DNA of 63,905 nucleotides, filler included, from Octopus bimaculoides (taxonomy: Eukaryota): assembly GCF_001194135.2 (NCBI RefSeq). It is 7 parts of 7 records of this genome, joined end to end, with 100 filler letters (N's around TTAATTAATTAA, not from the genome) between each part and the next. Parts side by side here need not be neighbours in the genome. Positions count along the whole stretch, not along the records: positions 1 to 18,090 come from NC_068997.1; positions 18,191 to 33,790 come from NC_068990.1; 5 more parts are not named here. One strand, written 5' to 3'. Of the stretch, positions 12,077 to 22,812 are shown piece by piece (within the stretch, counting starts at the first letter, position 1; each line of letters opens with the position of its first letter). The notes under the pieces are model-generated. The model worked only from the letters and a program-made list of their open reading frames with translations, ran no database searches and was not told the origin of the DNA. The translations under genes and the position numbers were made by a program.

Positions 12077-12720
12077 ATGATTGATTTTCTGATACACCTA
12101 ATAAGCATTGGAACATTTAGAAATTCTGGAAGTTACCAAAACAGCCAGATGCCTAAGGAAAATCGTGATGTAAATTACAGATTTTGCATTTTATTCTTTC
12201 TTATAGTTGGCTTTTCAGCCCTGTTACTTTCGCTAGGCCCCAGTGTTGAGCCCAATCCTGGGTCAATGGATTTTGTACCATTCAAATACGAATCAGCAAA
12301 TGAGAAATCGACATTTCTATCAGTTAAGAAACTTAATCGTTTTCGTGCAAAAGTCAAAATCCATTTATCATTTCTGGAAACATGCAAACTAGAAAAGTAA
12401 TATCGGACGGTCTTACATCAAATATACCAATGTGTGCATCACAGCCTGACGATTCATTGCTTCATAAGTTTAAATTGATTAATGAGAGCAATTCATTTAA
12501 CATAATGGAAGCTATTACTGAACCCCATCGTTCAAGATTAGTATCGTTTGGCGCAAACACTAAGTAGATTTTGAGTGTCCTTGAACAGGTATGTTCTAAA
12601 AATTGTTTGAACTATTTGTGTAATTGTTTGATGAACTTTGAAAAAGAGGAAATTTCGGCCGTGAAGACAAAAAAGCAAAAGAAACTGATTTCCCATTCCT
12701 CTGAGCCAGTGGGCAAGGGA
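12077..12720 (+). pseudogene. PLE N-terminal region: hydrophobic leader, 2A-like motif, HLSFLETCK..VISDGL domain
   Basis: ORF 12077-12400 contains FCILFFLIVGFSALLLSLGPSVEPNPGS. After a frameshift, HLSFLETCKLEKVISDGL resembles the H..FL..C....IPKGL motif of PLE N-termini; continues through a TAG at 12565. Confidence 0.6.
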
Positions 12721-12759
12721 ACATTTTGTTTGAGAACATTTGCTTTGAAATATGAAGAG

Positions 12760-13250
12760 AAGTCGTTTTTACTTTCGAGACAAATATGTGACAAACTTAT
12801 TGACGTCGGGTTGAAAATCGTAGCGGAACATTTTCCAGAAATTCCAATACAACCAACCATTTTTTTTCTCACACGGAATTTCTAACATATATAACACCAC
12901 AAACTGTTCATTCATCACATCAGGAACAATCATTTTGTTTTATCGATCAATTTTCTCGGAGATGTTTATATTTATGATAGTTTGAACTTACCAGTACCAC
13001 AGGAACTAATATGCACAAATAACTATGCTGTACTCATCACAAGCAAACATATTTCCTACAGTTCAACAAGTTCATATTATTAATCCCCAAGTGGCCCATA
13101 TAATTGTGGCCTTTTTACCTTGATGCATGCATTTGGACTGGTCATTGGAAACGGTCCAATGATCAGTCAAAAATACGATCACATTTAAGATTTTGCTTCG
13201 AAAACAATAAATTTGTTCCTTTCCCGAAAATAAAAGTTTTTCAAATACCT
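12760..13250 (+). pseudogene. Ulp1/C48-like cysteine protease domain inside the PLE
   Basis: Across frameshifts: ICDKLIDVGLKIVAEHFPEIPIQPT; FIHHIRNNHFV (His 12931); VYIYDSL (Asp 12976); TVQQ..GPYNCGLF (Cys 13105); DQSKIRSHLRFCFENNKFVPFP. Confidence 0.72.
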
Positions 13251-13485
13251 ACAAAACCACAGAAGTCACTCTCTATCATCCACCCAGAAATGGATCACTC
13301 CTAGAAAGACAACTAACAGTTATGACTTCTCTCATGAATATTCAGAACAAATTTTATCACTCAGTAGGTTCCATATTTTAAGTGAGGATTTTGAGCAAAG
13401 CCCAAAAGGTAGTCAGGAATCTAATGAGAGTAAGACTCTGAAAAACACTTGCCTAAGAAAATCCAGCACACTAGAGAATAAGTCG

Positions 13486-15623
13486 GTCATAATTTTATCT
13501 AAACTAAAACTTTCACCCGACGATGTCTCTGTCTTTGTGTTTGGACTGAGTTTCTGCCCAAATACTAAGAAATTCGACAAGAATAATCTAGTTCAAGGGA
13601 TATTTCAGTTTGTCCACCGTCACAAACTGAAAGAATATTTTTTGAAAAAAACTGGTAACGGGGAATCAGAAATCCTTATGCTTATTGAAAATAAAAAAAT
13701 GATGATCGAATCTGACATAATTGGATTGAAAAGAATCCCAATTGGTATCTAGATAAAGTTCGGGATGGACGTTCACAGGCACTACTAGAATTTCTTGAAT
13801 CTTGCCAGTCAGAGATTAGGGAAAGCCTTAAGACAAGTGGAAAGACGTCCTGGAATAACCTCACAAATTCCCAACGTCACGCACTCCGACGTCTAGCTAA
13901 TAACTATTCTATTGTTGTTAAAATGGCATATAAGGGCGGCACTGTAGTAATTATGGACAAAAGTGAGTATATTTCGGCTTGTAAAGAAGTTTTGATAAAA
14001 CTTCAAATGAAGAATTACCTGTCGATCCAGGATTTTAAGGTCAGAAAGAAAAACACCTGTATTTTACGGTCTCCCTAAAATACACAAAAAGTTCGAAAGA
14101 TTTCCTCCAATGCACTCAATTTGCAGCGGATATGAATTTTGTAGAACCAAGATTTAGGGGTAGCTGGATGGTTTTCTACTCTCTGTCGCAAAAAGACTAA
14201 ATTCCTATATTCGGGATACTTTTGATTTGTGTCTATAATCAACAACTTTTTTAAGCATCGAAGCCATGTCGAAAACCGTTTTTTTTCCCTGGTAACTATG
14301 GATATTTCTTCCTTATATCACAATACTGACCACGATGAAGGGTTAGAAGCATGCATGAATACCTTAGAAGAACAGTCAAACAAAAGTATTCCATCAAATT
14401 TTCTCTGTAGGTTATTGAGGTTTGTGTAAAAAAGTAACAATGAAGTTTGAACAAAGATTTTACCTCCAGATGGGTTGCGCCATGGGTACCACCGTTTCGC
14501 TCGGTCTTCATGACGAAATTCGAGACACACTTACTGAAGACATTCAAATCCTTAAAAGGTCATGAACCAATACTCTGGTTACGGTACATTGATGACGTCT
14601 TTTTGTCTGGCAAGGATCACAGGATAGTTTAATTGACTTCTTGCATTTCTGTGACTGTTATGCTAAACACTATAGCGTTAAGTCCAACATAAAATTTACG
14701 TCTAGTTTTTCAAAAACTAACACTACGTTTTTGGACACTAAAGTAAAGTTTTCTGAAGGTCTAACATTTACCTCCACCGCCGCTCCGATCATCCACATCA
14801 TATAATTCGATCAAATCCGAAATCCCAATTTTTTAGGATAAAACAGAGTAATACTGACATAAATGATTACTGGAAACATGCAAATGCTTTTGTACACCAT
14901 TATGTCAAACGCGGTTACAGTGAATCACGATTAAAGGAAATAGCAAATGACATAGCTAAGATTAGCAAAGAAAGTCAAAACTTCATGCATAATTTTTACT
15001 AGCACTGTACAATACGTGACAGAATTCCTTTAGTGATTAACTGGCAACGAAAGTTCGCTGGCATTTCAAAAGTGTTGCATGAAAGTTACCAGCATGTTGC
15101 GGAAAAATATCCTCGTTTTAAACGAATATTTCCTCAGCCGTTTATTGTAGGCTTTAGACGGAATAAAAATATAAGAGAACTTGTGACCTCTATTTCTGAT
15201 TCCAAGAAAACGAACATTGGAGTATCTGCACGCTGTACCTTGAAAAACAGCCGCAAGTTAGGTAAGCCCTGTGCAACAACATGAGTCAAGTGAATTCCAT
15301 TAGGAATCATAACAAAAATGTTATGATTTATACAGAAGGTGGGACATATAGAGATTCCCATTTGGTGTACGCAGCAGAATGCACCAAACTCAGGCATAAT
15401 AATAGTAGGTGAACAAAACTTGCCGAACATTTTGCTTCAAACAGCTGCAATTTGGAAAAAGACTTGAAAGTGCATATTTTCAGAAAATATTCTGGATCTG
15501 CTACTTTCAATACTCAAAAGGCATGAGGAGAAATATGTTTGCGGGTTATCAACATCACGCTCTGGAGGAATGAATAAAATGAAAGGAGAATATCATCAAA
15601 TTTATACAAAACTGTTTGATTAA
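13486..15623 (+). pseudogene. PLE reverse transcriptase + GIY-YIG-type endonuclease, disrupted
   Basis: VIILSKLKLSPDDVSVFVFGLSFCP; KGGTVVIMDK; FYGLPKIHK; LVTMDISSLY; YLQMGCAMG; WLRYIDDVF (14585-14596); FLDTKVK; FIVGFRRNKNIRELV; GGTYRDSHLVYAAECTK; LAEHF; HEEKYVCGLST...GMN; stop at 15621-15623. Confidence 0.9.
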
Positions 15624-15740
15624 ATATTCATATTCCTCTTCCTTTTCTTTTTCTTTCCTTTTTCTCTCTTTTTTTCCTTTTCTTTTCGCCAGTTATAAAA
15701 TTGAAACTTAAAGACTGATGATATCATTTCATCAACGTGT

Positions 15741-15933
15741 GGATGCTGGGTGCTCTCGTTCATATTTTAGATCTGAATTTCTATAATTTTGAATCTTTAT
15801 CACTTTTTATTTCGAACTCGACAAAGACAGACTTGCTGTTGAAATATCATTCAACCAATAAAATATTGCAAACGCATTGCGCTCTTCGTCCTGTCTGTTT
15901 ACCTTTGTGAAAAGTAACGTCAATCCTATAAAA
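15741..15933 (+). repeat. Downstream pseudo-LTR of the PLE
   Basis: Direct repeat of 11854-12051. Confidence 0.9.
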
Positions 15934-15934
15934 G

Positions 15935-15938
15935 CATA

Positions 15939-16022
<84 letters not shown>

Positions 16023-16096
16023 AATGATGATGATGATAATGATGATGATGATCATAATGATGATGATGATGAGGATGATGATAATGATAATAATAA

Positions 16097-16163
<67 letters not shown>
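15935..16163. repeat. Compound trinucleotide microsatellite (TAA)n(TGA)n(TAG)n(TAA)n
   Basis: Directly visible. Confidence 0.95.
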
Positions 16164-16166
<3 letters not shown>

Positions 16167-16325
16167 GCATAAAAAGTTTTGAATGGTACAACAATGCACT
16201 ATAATACAAAAAATGGACTATATACCTGTTGTCATTCAGTCATCCATAGTCTGATGATATTTCGGAATAAAATTCCTTCTTCAGATATTCTGAGATGGAG
16301 TCGCTGCTATAATTGGTTTTCCACC

Positions 16326-16357
<32 letters not shown>

Positions 16358-16358
16358 G

Positions 16359-17449
16359 AAGCGTATCAGCAGTGGTTTCACGAAGCTCCTTCCGGAATAT
16401 CTAATGAATTCCAAATACAAAAAAACCCAAAATTAGACGTACTGGAAACAAGCACAGAAAAAGCTAAGCGTATGAAAACTCGTGCTAAAACTGCTGCCTT
16501 AGATATTCTTACTGGTAAATGACATGAAAAACCTCCAAATGGCAAATACCCAAAGAAAGCTAGTAGTGTCGATGTTGACAAAACCCTTACCCATCAATGG
16601 TTAGTATCTTCTGGCTTAAAATCAGAAGGGTTTATCATAGCAGCCCAAGATCAATGCCTACATACAAGGCACTACCAGGCCAATATATTAAAGAAGGGCA
16701 GTAACCCATGTCGTATATGTAAACAACAAGATGAAACCATTGATCATGTTGTCCCCATGTGCAGTCTTCTTGCGCCTACAGGATATTTCAACAGCATGAT
16801 AGAGCTGCACAGTATATTCACTAGGTAATTTTTGAAAAACCTGGGCCTGCCCTATGATAAAAATTGGTGGGAATACAAACCACCTCCAGTACTTGAAAAT
16901 GATCACATCTCACTCCTCTGGAGTGACAGAAAGATAGATGTGAATAGGCCAAACATATTGAAAGCCTTCAGACAAAAATCATGCCTTCTCATTGATATGA
17001 CTATCCCAATCGACGTTGATGTATCTGTCAAGACCTACAAAAATCTGAGCAAGTATAAAGATCTTGAAATAGAAATTAGCAAAATGTGGAACCTGAAGAC
17101 TAAAACAATACCTGTTGTCATAGGTGCCCTAGGAATGATAGCAAAAGGGGCTGATTGCTACCTAGCTCAGATACCGGGAAACCCCAAAATGGCAGAAATT
17201 CAAAAGATAGTGCTCATGGGAACTGCCCTTATCCTAAGTAAAATACTGTCTATGTAATCTCAAATTTTGAAACAAACTCATAATTTTCTTATGTTTTCTT
17301 AAACATTCACTAGAACAATACTATGTGCGAAACCAAATATATGACACCTTAGGCATAATACCAACTTGAACTTCTAACTTCTTGCCTCTTGAGGTCTCTT
17401 GATGAGATTTGGAGTCTACTTGTACAAATACAAAGCGAAAGTTAAACAT
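16359..17449 (+). mobile_element. Dong/R4-like non-LTR retrotransposon, 3' fragment with 3' UTR
   Basis: THQWLVSSGLKSEGFIIAAQDQCL..Y; CRICKQQDETIDHV; NRPNI..LIDMTIPID..KYKDLEIEISKMWNLKTKTIPVVIGALG..IQKIVLMGTALILSKILSM* (stop 17255-17257). The 3' UTR runs into (TAA)n at 17450-17486. Confidence 0.88.
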
Positions 17450-17659
17450 ATAATAATAATGATAATAATAATAATAATAATAATAAATGCCCTGATGCAG
17501 TACCAGACAGTGGATCACATGGCTTCTGATCTTAACTGATGGGAAGTGTTATCATTTATACTGTTTTGTCTTGGTACAAAAAATGGGCTACAGCAAATAT
17601 TCTGCTTTTATGGCATGCTCTGCTCTCTCACTCAATAATAATAACAATGGTTTCACACT

Positions 17660-17847
17660 TTTCCACAAGGGCAGCCATCTTGGGGGAGGGGATGAGTCGA
17701 TTACGTGGACCCCGGTATTTCACTGGTACTTAATTTATCGACTCCGAAAGGGTGAAAGGCAAAATCGACCTCGGCGGAACCTAAGGACGGACGAAATACC
17801 GCTAAGCATTTTGCCCGGCGTGCTAACGATTCTGCCAGTTCGCCGTC

Positions 17848-17849
<2 letters not shown>
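17660..17849 (-). mobile_element. SINE family B
   Basis: Reverse complement of AAGACGGCGAACTGGCAGAATCGTTAGCACGCCGGGC..CTTAGCGGTATTTCG..CCGCCGAGGTCGA..GATAAATTAAGTACCAG. Confidence 0.75.
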
Positions 17850-17894
<45 letters not shown>

Positions 17895-17895
<1 letters not shown>

Positions 17896-18090
17896 TCTAA
17901 AACCTGGGAATAACGAAGGGAAACCTAATAATTATGATACTATGAAAATGAAAATAATCAAAGAACTGAAAACCACAGATCTTAGAATGGACCACAGATT
18001 ATATCTCCCAAAAATCAAAATAGACAATAAAACAACATCAATAATAAATAGCATAAACCTGGCCGTCACGGAACTAACAACCACAGAAAC
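17895..18090 (+). mobile_element. Probable Dong/R4-like pre-RT fragment, cut by a gap
   Basis: KIIKELKTTDLRMDHRLYLPKIKIDNKTTSIINSINLAVTELTT resembles the R..LPKLK..IN linker upstream of R4/Dong RT; preceded by (TAA)n. Confidence 0.45.
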
Positions 18091-18190
18091 NNNNNNNNNN
18101 NNNNNNNNNNNNNNNNNNNNNNNNNNNNNNNNNNTTAATTAATTAANNNNNNNNNNNNNNNNNNNNNNNNNNNNNNNNNNNNNNNNNNNN
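18091..18190. other. Artificial 100-bp assembly spacer 44N-TTAATTAATTAA-44N (six copies in the window)
   Basis: Identical layout at 18091-18190, 33791-33890, 38400-38499, 47610-47709, 53436-53535 and 59234-59333. Confidence 0.97.
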
Positions 18191-18640
18191 GATGTTGCGG
18201 CGGTGGCGGCGGTGGCGGTGGTGGCGGCGGCGGCGGTGGTGGTTGGTGTGGTACGGTGGTAATAGATTTGAAGGTGGGGAAACGGTTTGTAGTGTGCGGT
18301 GATGTGTGAGTGTATTGGTGGTGGAGTGCGGTGGGGGGTGTGGGGGTGTATAGTAAGATTTGGCAGTTGGATGAATGAAAGTAGTAATAATAGTGGTAGT
18401 AATGGCGTGGTAGAGATATGAGGGTGGTGGTGGTGGTGGTGGTATTACGGATGTTTCTAAAGCATATCCGCTATCGTTAGCTTGTCAGTGTTAATGTGCA
18501 TATGAGTATGCTTAGGTATATACGTGTGACGTACGTCTATTTGTATCTTTACGTAACAGTATAGGTTTCTTGTATCATTGAGTGGTTACATGTATCTGTA
18601 GACACGTGTGTGTGTGTGTGTGTGTGCATACGCGCGCGCG

Positions 18641-18911
18641 TACTCTCTTTTACTCTTTTACTTGTTTCAGTCATTTGACTGCGGCCATGCTGGAGCACCG
18701 CCTTTAGTCGAACAAATCGACCCCAGGACTTATTCTTTGGAAGCCTAGTACTTATTCTATCGGTCTCTTTTTGTCGAATTGCTAAGTTACGGGGATGTAA
18801 ACACACCAGCATCGGTTGTCAAGCGATGTTGGGGGGGACAAACACAGACACACACACACACATATATATATATACATATATACGACGGGCTTCTTTCAGT
18901 TTCCGTCTACC
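18641..18911 (-). mobile_element. SINE family A, 3' two-thirds with internal microsatellite
   Basis: Reverse complement of GTAGACGGAAACTGAAAGAAGCCCGTCG-(TA/TG)n-..CATCGCTTGACAACCGATGCTGG..CAGCATGGCCGCAGTCAAATGACTGAAACAAG-(TAAAAGAG)2. Confidence 0.85.
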
Positions 18912-19149
18912 AATGATAATATATGATAATAAGTATATATTTGAATGTGAGTCTCTCTCTCTTTCACTCGCTCTCTCACTCTCTCACTCTCTTTCTCTCC
19001 CCTCATATATGTGTGCCTGAGTGTCTGCGCACGCGCGTGCATGTTAATATATATCCAAGATAACTTCAAGAAAATATACTGCTTCCGTTTTGTTTTACAG
19101 GTTTTATGGTTTTTGTTGAAGAAGGCGGAAACTGTTGAATCAAGCAAGA

Positions 19150-20281
19150 CTTCCAACAAATCAAACCACAACGTCGATTTCGTTTCTCTACTGTCAAATA
19201 TCTAATTTCGTTGACGTCACTAATTTGCAATGTATCATCTTTTGGATCAAGGGCCCAGCTTAAATCATCGTATCTTTCCTCTTCCTCGCAGCAAAGACAT
19301 CTGAAAAAAAGCCTATCAGTCCTTTTCAGCCCCAGCTGACAAAACGAAAAGGGCATTGATTGATCCGGAGGATGGCGAGGGAGGTGCGCTGGAACGACCA
19401 CTCTGACTGACGGAGCTCGCACTTGCAGATAACCATCTCCGCCCCTGTAGCAAATGGCAGAGTTATGGTCCGGGGTCCCAAGAACGCCTGAGGTCTCGAC
19501 TGCGCCAAGCCCGACCATAAACCTGTCAGTGATCAGCCGATACTTAGATGTCACTTATACACTTGGGAAATAAATTTACTCAACCGGGCTAATCTTCGAC
19601 TCAGGCGTGAAGTAACAGTATTTTAATCAACATCTTAACTCATATATTGATCTGTTAGTCTAGTTTATATATTTATTGATAAGTAATATGTCTTTACATA
19701 TTCCAGGTTTTTATCTTCGATGACGATGGGAATATTAAGGAACTGGGGGATGAGCCTTGACAGATGGACGACTATGGTCTTTCTAATGCTGATGGTGAAA
19801 TCGAAAGCTTTTTCGCATTTGATAAACAACTAACAAGGTCCTGTGCTTTATTAATAGGTGCTGCAACAATTACAGTATCATCAGCAAACATGAAGTCACG
19901 CATCATTGCCTTTCGGACAAGCGTTCTGGCTTTAAAGCGCTAGTGATTGAAAAGGCTGTCGCTGGTACGGAATCGAAAGTGTACGCCTAAATCGAGATTG
20001 CCATAAGCATGATGCTGCTCAACTGAAAAAGAAAAGCGCAAAAAGAACTCAGCCATGACACAACTCTGTTTTGTACCATTCGAAATGTCAGAAGAGTCTG
20101 AAAGAAGACCAATTGATAAAACAGATGCTGTCATTCCTGCATGAAAGGAAGTGATGACAGCATTTTATCAAGTATATCAGTTTTTTTTTTTTTTTGGAAA
20201 CAATCCAGAGCGCATTTCCGTTGACAATATCGAAGACTTTGGTCACCTTTATAAAAATAAAATATAGTTAATAAATTTTTA

Positions 20282-20317
<36 letters not shown>

Positions 20318-20620
20318 AGAACGAGAGAAAATGAAGGCAGGTTGATCAATAGATAGACAAGAATGAATGCATCTTATTTCCTCTTTCTTTCCCTTTCCAA
20401 TCTCTGTTTTCATTACTCTGCATGCTACTTTTTTCTCCAAGACAGCCATGCTCGAGCAAACCTCAGATAAGGAGTTCCAACCGTGACAATTCTGTCTTTT
20501 TTGTTTATCAAGGCCTACATTGTCCATTGTGCATTCTATAAGAAGTAGGGTTTGGATTTCTAGCAGCCGAGCCACTGCTCAGCGGTACCGTAAATCTTTA
20601 ACACGTAAACCCTCACTTAG
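19150..20620 (-). mobile_element. RTE/BovB-like LINE fragments: RT (20620-19620) and probable APE endonuclease piece (19554-19150)
   Basis: RT: TKVFDIVN..LW; MTASVL..SD...NGTKQSCV; RFRTSDSLFN..RFKART.VR..MMRDFMFADD. APE-like: EEEERYDDLSWALDPKDDTLQISDVN, similar to FYDDL....PK.D.L.ILGDFN. Confidence 0.65.
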
Positions 20621-21498
20621 TAACTGTTGTTTGAATCCAAGTTGACTCTGATAGACCAAACCAACGATAAGACGTGTCCTAGTTGCGGTAAAGGGTTGGC
20701 ACTTTATTTATCGAACTGAATGTGTGAAAGACAAAGTTGACATCAATGGTATTTCAAATCAGAGCTCAGGGAGCCGGAACGACCAGTTCGTAACCTTATG
20801 ATGGAAGTCAACCTGTGACCGAGTAAGTCCACTTCCTAAACTTTGTGAGTCCATGCAACATTCCAAGAGAGTAAAATGTTCCTGTGCGTGAATCGGTTTT
20901 GAGTGGATAAATTCTTCTACAACACTGACTACACTTTTCATCGCAATCAGCTATAAAACCAGTAGCACAACAGAGGTTGAGACAACCAGAGACAAACTGC
21001 ACTTCTAGTTGAACTTCTAGAAAGATACTCCAGCGAGAACTAGGGATCCATCACTTCCAGTGGTTCACATGCTTGTTAACTTCTAGCCAGGAACCTGACA
21101 AGTGCTACTATTCGGGGTCAGAGTAGACGTGGGAACAATAGTGGCTAAGACGTGGTTCCATACTTCGCAGATCCATTGAACTCCCGTACAGGGCCCCACT
21201 ACTGGATGCAGTTTAAGGTCATACCCAGCCTTAAACACACACACACACACACATTCACACACAGGCACACGCAAGCACATTTGTACATATGTACGTAGAT
21301 ATATGAGTTGTGTTTGTGTGAGTGTAAGTATGTTATATATGTGAAACACGTATGTGTGTGTGTTTATATGTATGTGTTTATGTATATATGTATGTATGTA
21401 CATACGGATGTAATGTCTACCCAAACGGTTTTCGTAAATTCAGCCCCACTTGTGGGGCTGAATTTGTAAAATTTGTAAAATTCTATTTGTAAAAATCA

Positions 21499-21567
21499 GT
21501 GAAAGCAACCGTGAAAGCAACCGTGAAAGCAACCGTGAAAGCAACCGTGAAAGCAACCGTGAAAGCA
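21499..21567. repeat. 12-bp tandem repeat (GTGAAAGCAACC) x5.75
   Basis: Perfect copies, directly visible. Confidence 0.95.
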
Positions 21568-21574
21568 TAACTTT

Positions 21575-22275
21575 CGACTATTTCTTCTGTGCGAATCTTT
21601 TATGGAAACTGCCTTTCTATGGCCTCCACCTGTCTCACATCTCTTGGATTGGTAGCTTCCTATAAGATCATGCTATTGTGTCGTATGTTGACGGAGCTCT
21701 TTCAATCACTCATTCTGTCAATGCGGTAGCCTTCAGTTTCTCCCCATTTTTTTTTCTTCTCTATACTGATAAGTTACTTAACATCACTTCCAACAAGGCT
21801 CACACTTACACAAATTACATTACCATTAATTCTTCCCTAATCTTCCTTAACTATGCATCCATGCCACCAAGTCCCCACATGTCAATGAACAAAGAACGCA
21901 AAAGTATTCTACAATGTGAATTGTGTCTCTTTCAAAACTATGTAAACAAGGGTTATTAAGAAGAAAATACCATCGCATCATAATTCACTTCACTGTGAAC
22001 AGCACACGACTAGACCCCCGCGCAATCGCTACAAACGGCCAGATTCACTATCACTATGGATTGTTATAGCTAGGCAAAAGCACGTCCTTAATATAGTATG
22101 AACTGCATCCCAACGATTGGCCTTTCGTTTCAGGGCCAGGAGATACTTCAGCCAGCATCACCTTTTGTCACTACAAAACTTACGTGAAGGTCACAATGAG
22201 AATTGGTCTCATATCTGTGATGGAACTGCTGTACACATAGACTACCTAGCTGTCATCCAGAAAAAGGTTACTGTG
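21575..22275 (+). mobile_element. CR1-clade LINE RT fragment, decayed
   Basis: VDGALSITHSVNA..SP.FFLLYTDKLLNITSNKAHTY (INAGVPQGS.LSP.LFLLYINDL..YADD region), then FRARRYF, SHI.DG and IQKK thumb-region motifs. Confidence 0.65.
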
Positions 22276-22812
22276 GGGAAAAAAGGGTTAGGATGAATGG
22301 TCCTACTCTAAGTATACATCTCTAGATTGGAGAGCTGGGAGAGGGCCCGTGCCTTTTGTGGTCGAGGTAATCTTGGATCTGTGGGGTTCCTTGGTTGGTC
22401 CTAGTTGGAGTTTCTCTTATATCAGGAGGACTGCATTACTCAGATTATCACGTAGTTTGTATACTATGTATACTTTTATCGTACTTCACCGTCTTTTCCA
22501 TTTCTTTCTCCTCATCTTTTATGCAAATCCTAACACAAATCACTGACTGTCCTTCTGATTCTCTCTCATCTATGACCCCGTGGTTAATAAAAATCATCAT
22601 CATCCTCATCATCGTTATTACTAGTGGACATTGTGTGAAGGTGGATGTGATTGTGGTAGTGTTTTGAAACAGGATGGCTGAGAGTGGGTGGTGGTAAAGT
22701 GGTGGTCATACGTAGAAAATAGAGAATGGGATCAAAGGTGACATAATGATAATCTCGATGGGAGAGTTACTGGTGGCAGTGGTGATATATGGCTGTTATT
22801 GTTTATCCCCGT

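Larger units (their letters stand above)
11854..15933 (+). mobile_element. Penelope-like retroelement (PLE, Naiad-like), decayed, with extra protease domain
   Basis: Direct terminal repeats (11854-12051 / 15741-15933) enclose a frameshifted PLE N-terminal domain, a Ulp1-like protease, a PLE-type RT and a GIY-YIG-type C-terminus. Confidence 0.9.

Noticed and set aside
15282-15412. In-frame TGA codons in the PLE endonuclease region as possible selenocysteine (some Naiad PLEs encode selenoproteins)
   Set aside because: The TGA at 15282 results from a frameshift overlapping the ATG of MSQVNS; the TGA at 15410 does not align with a Cys position. No SECIS-like ATGA..AA..GA helix could be folded at 15715-15780.
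21499-21567. Regular short repeats as a possible CRISPR-like array
   Set aside because: Head-to-tail 12-mers with no spacers, in eukaryotic DNA with no cas genes.
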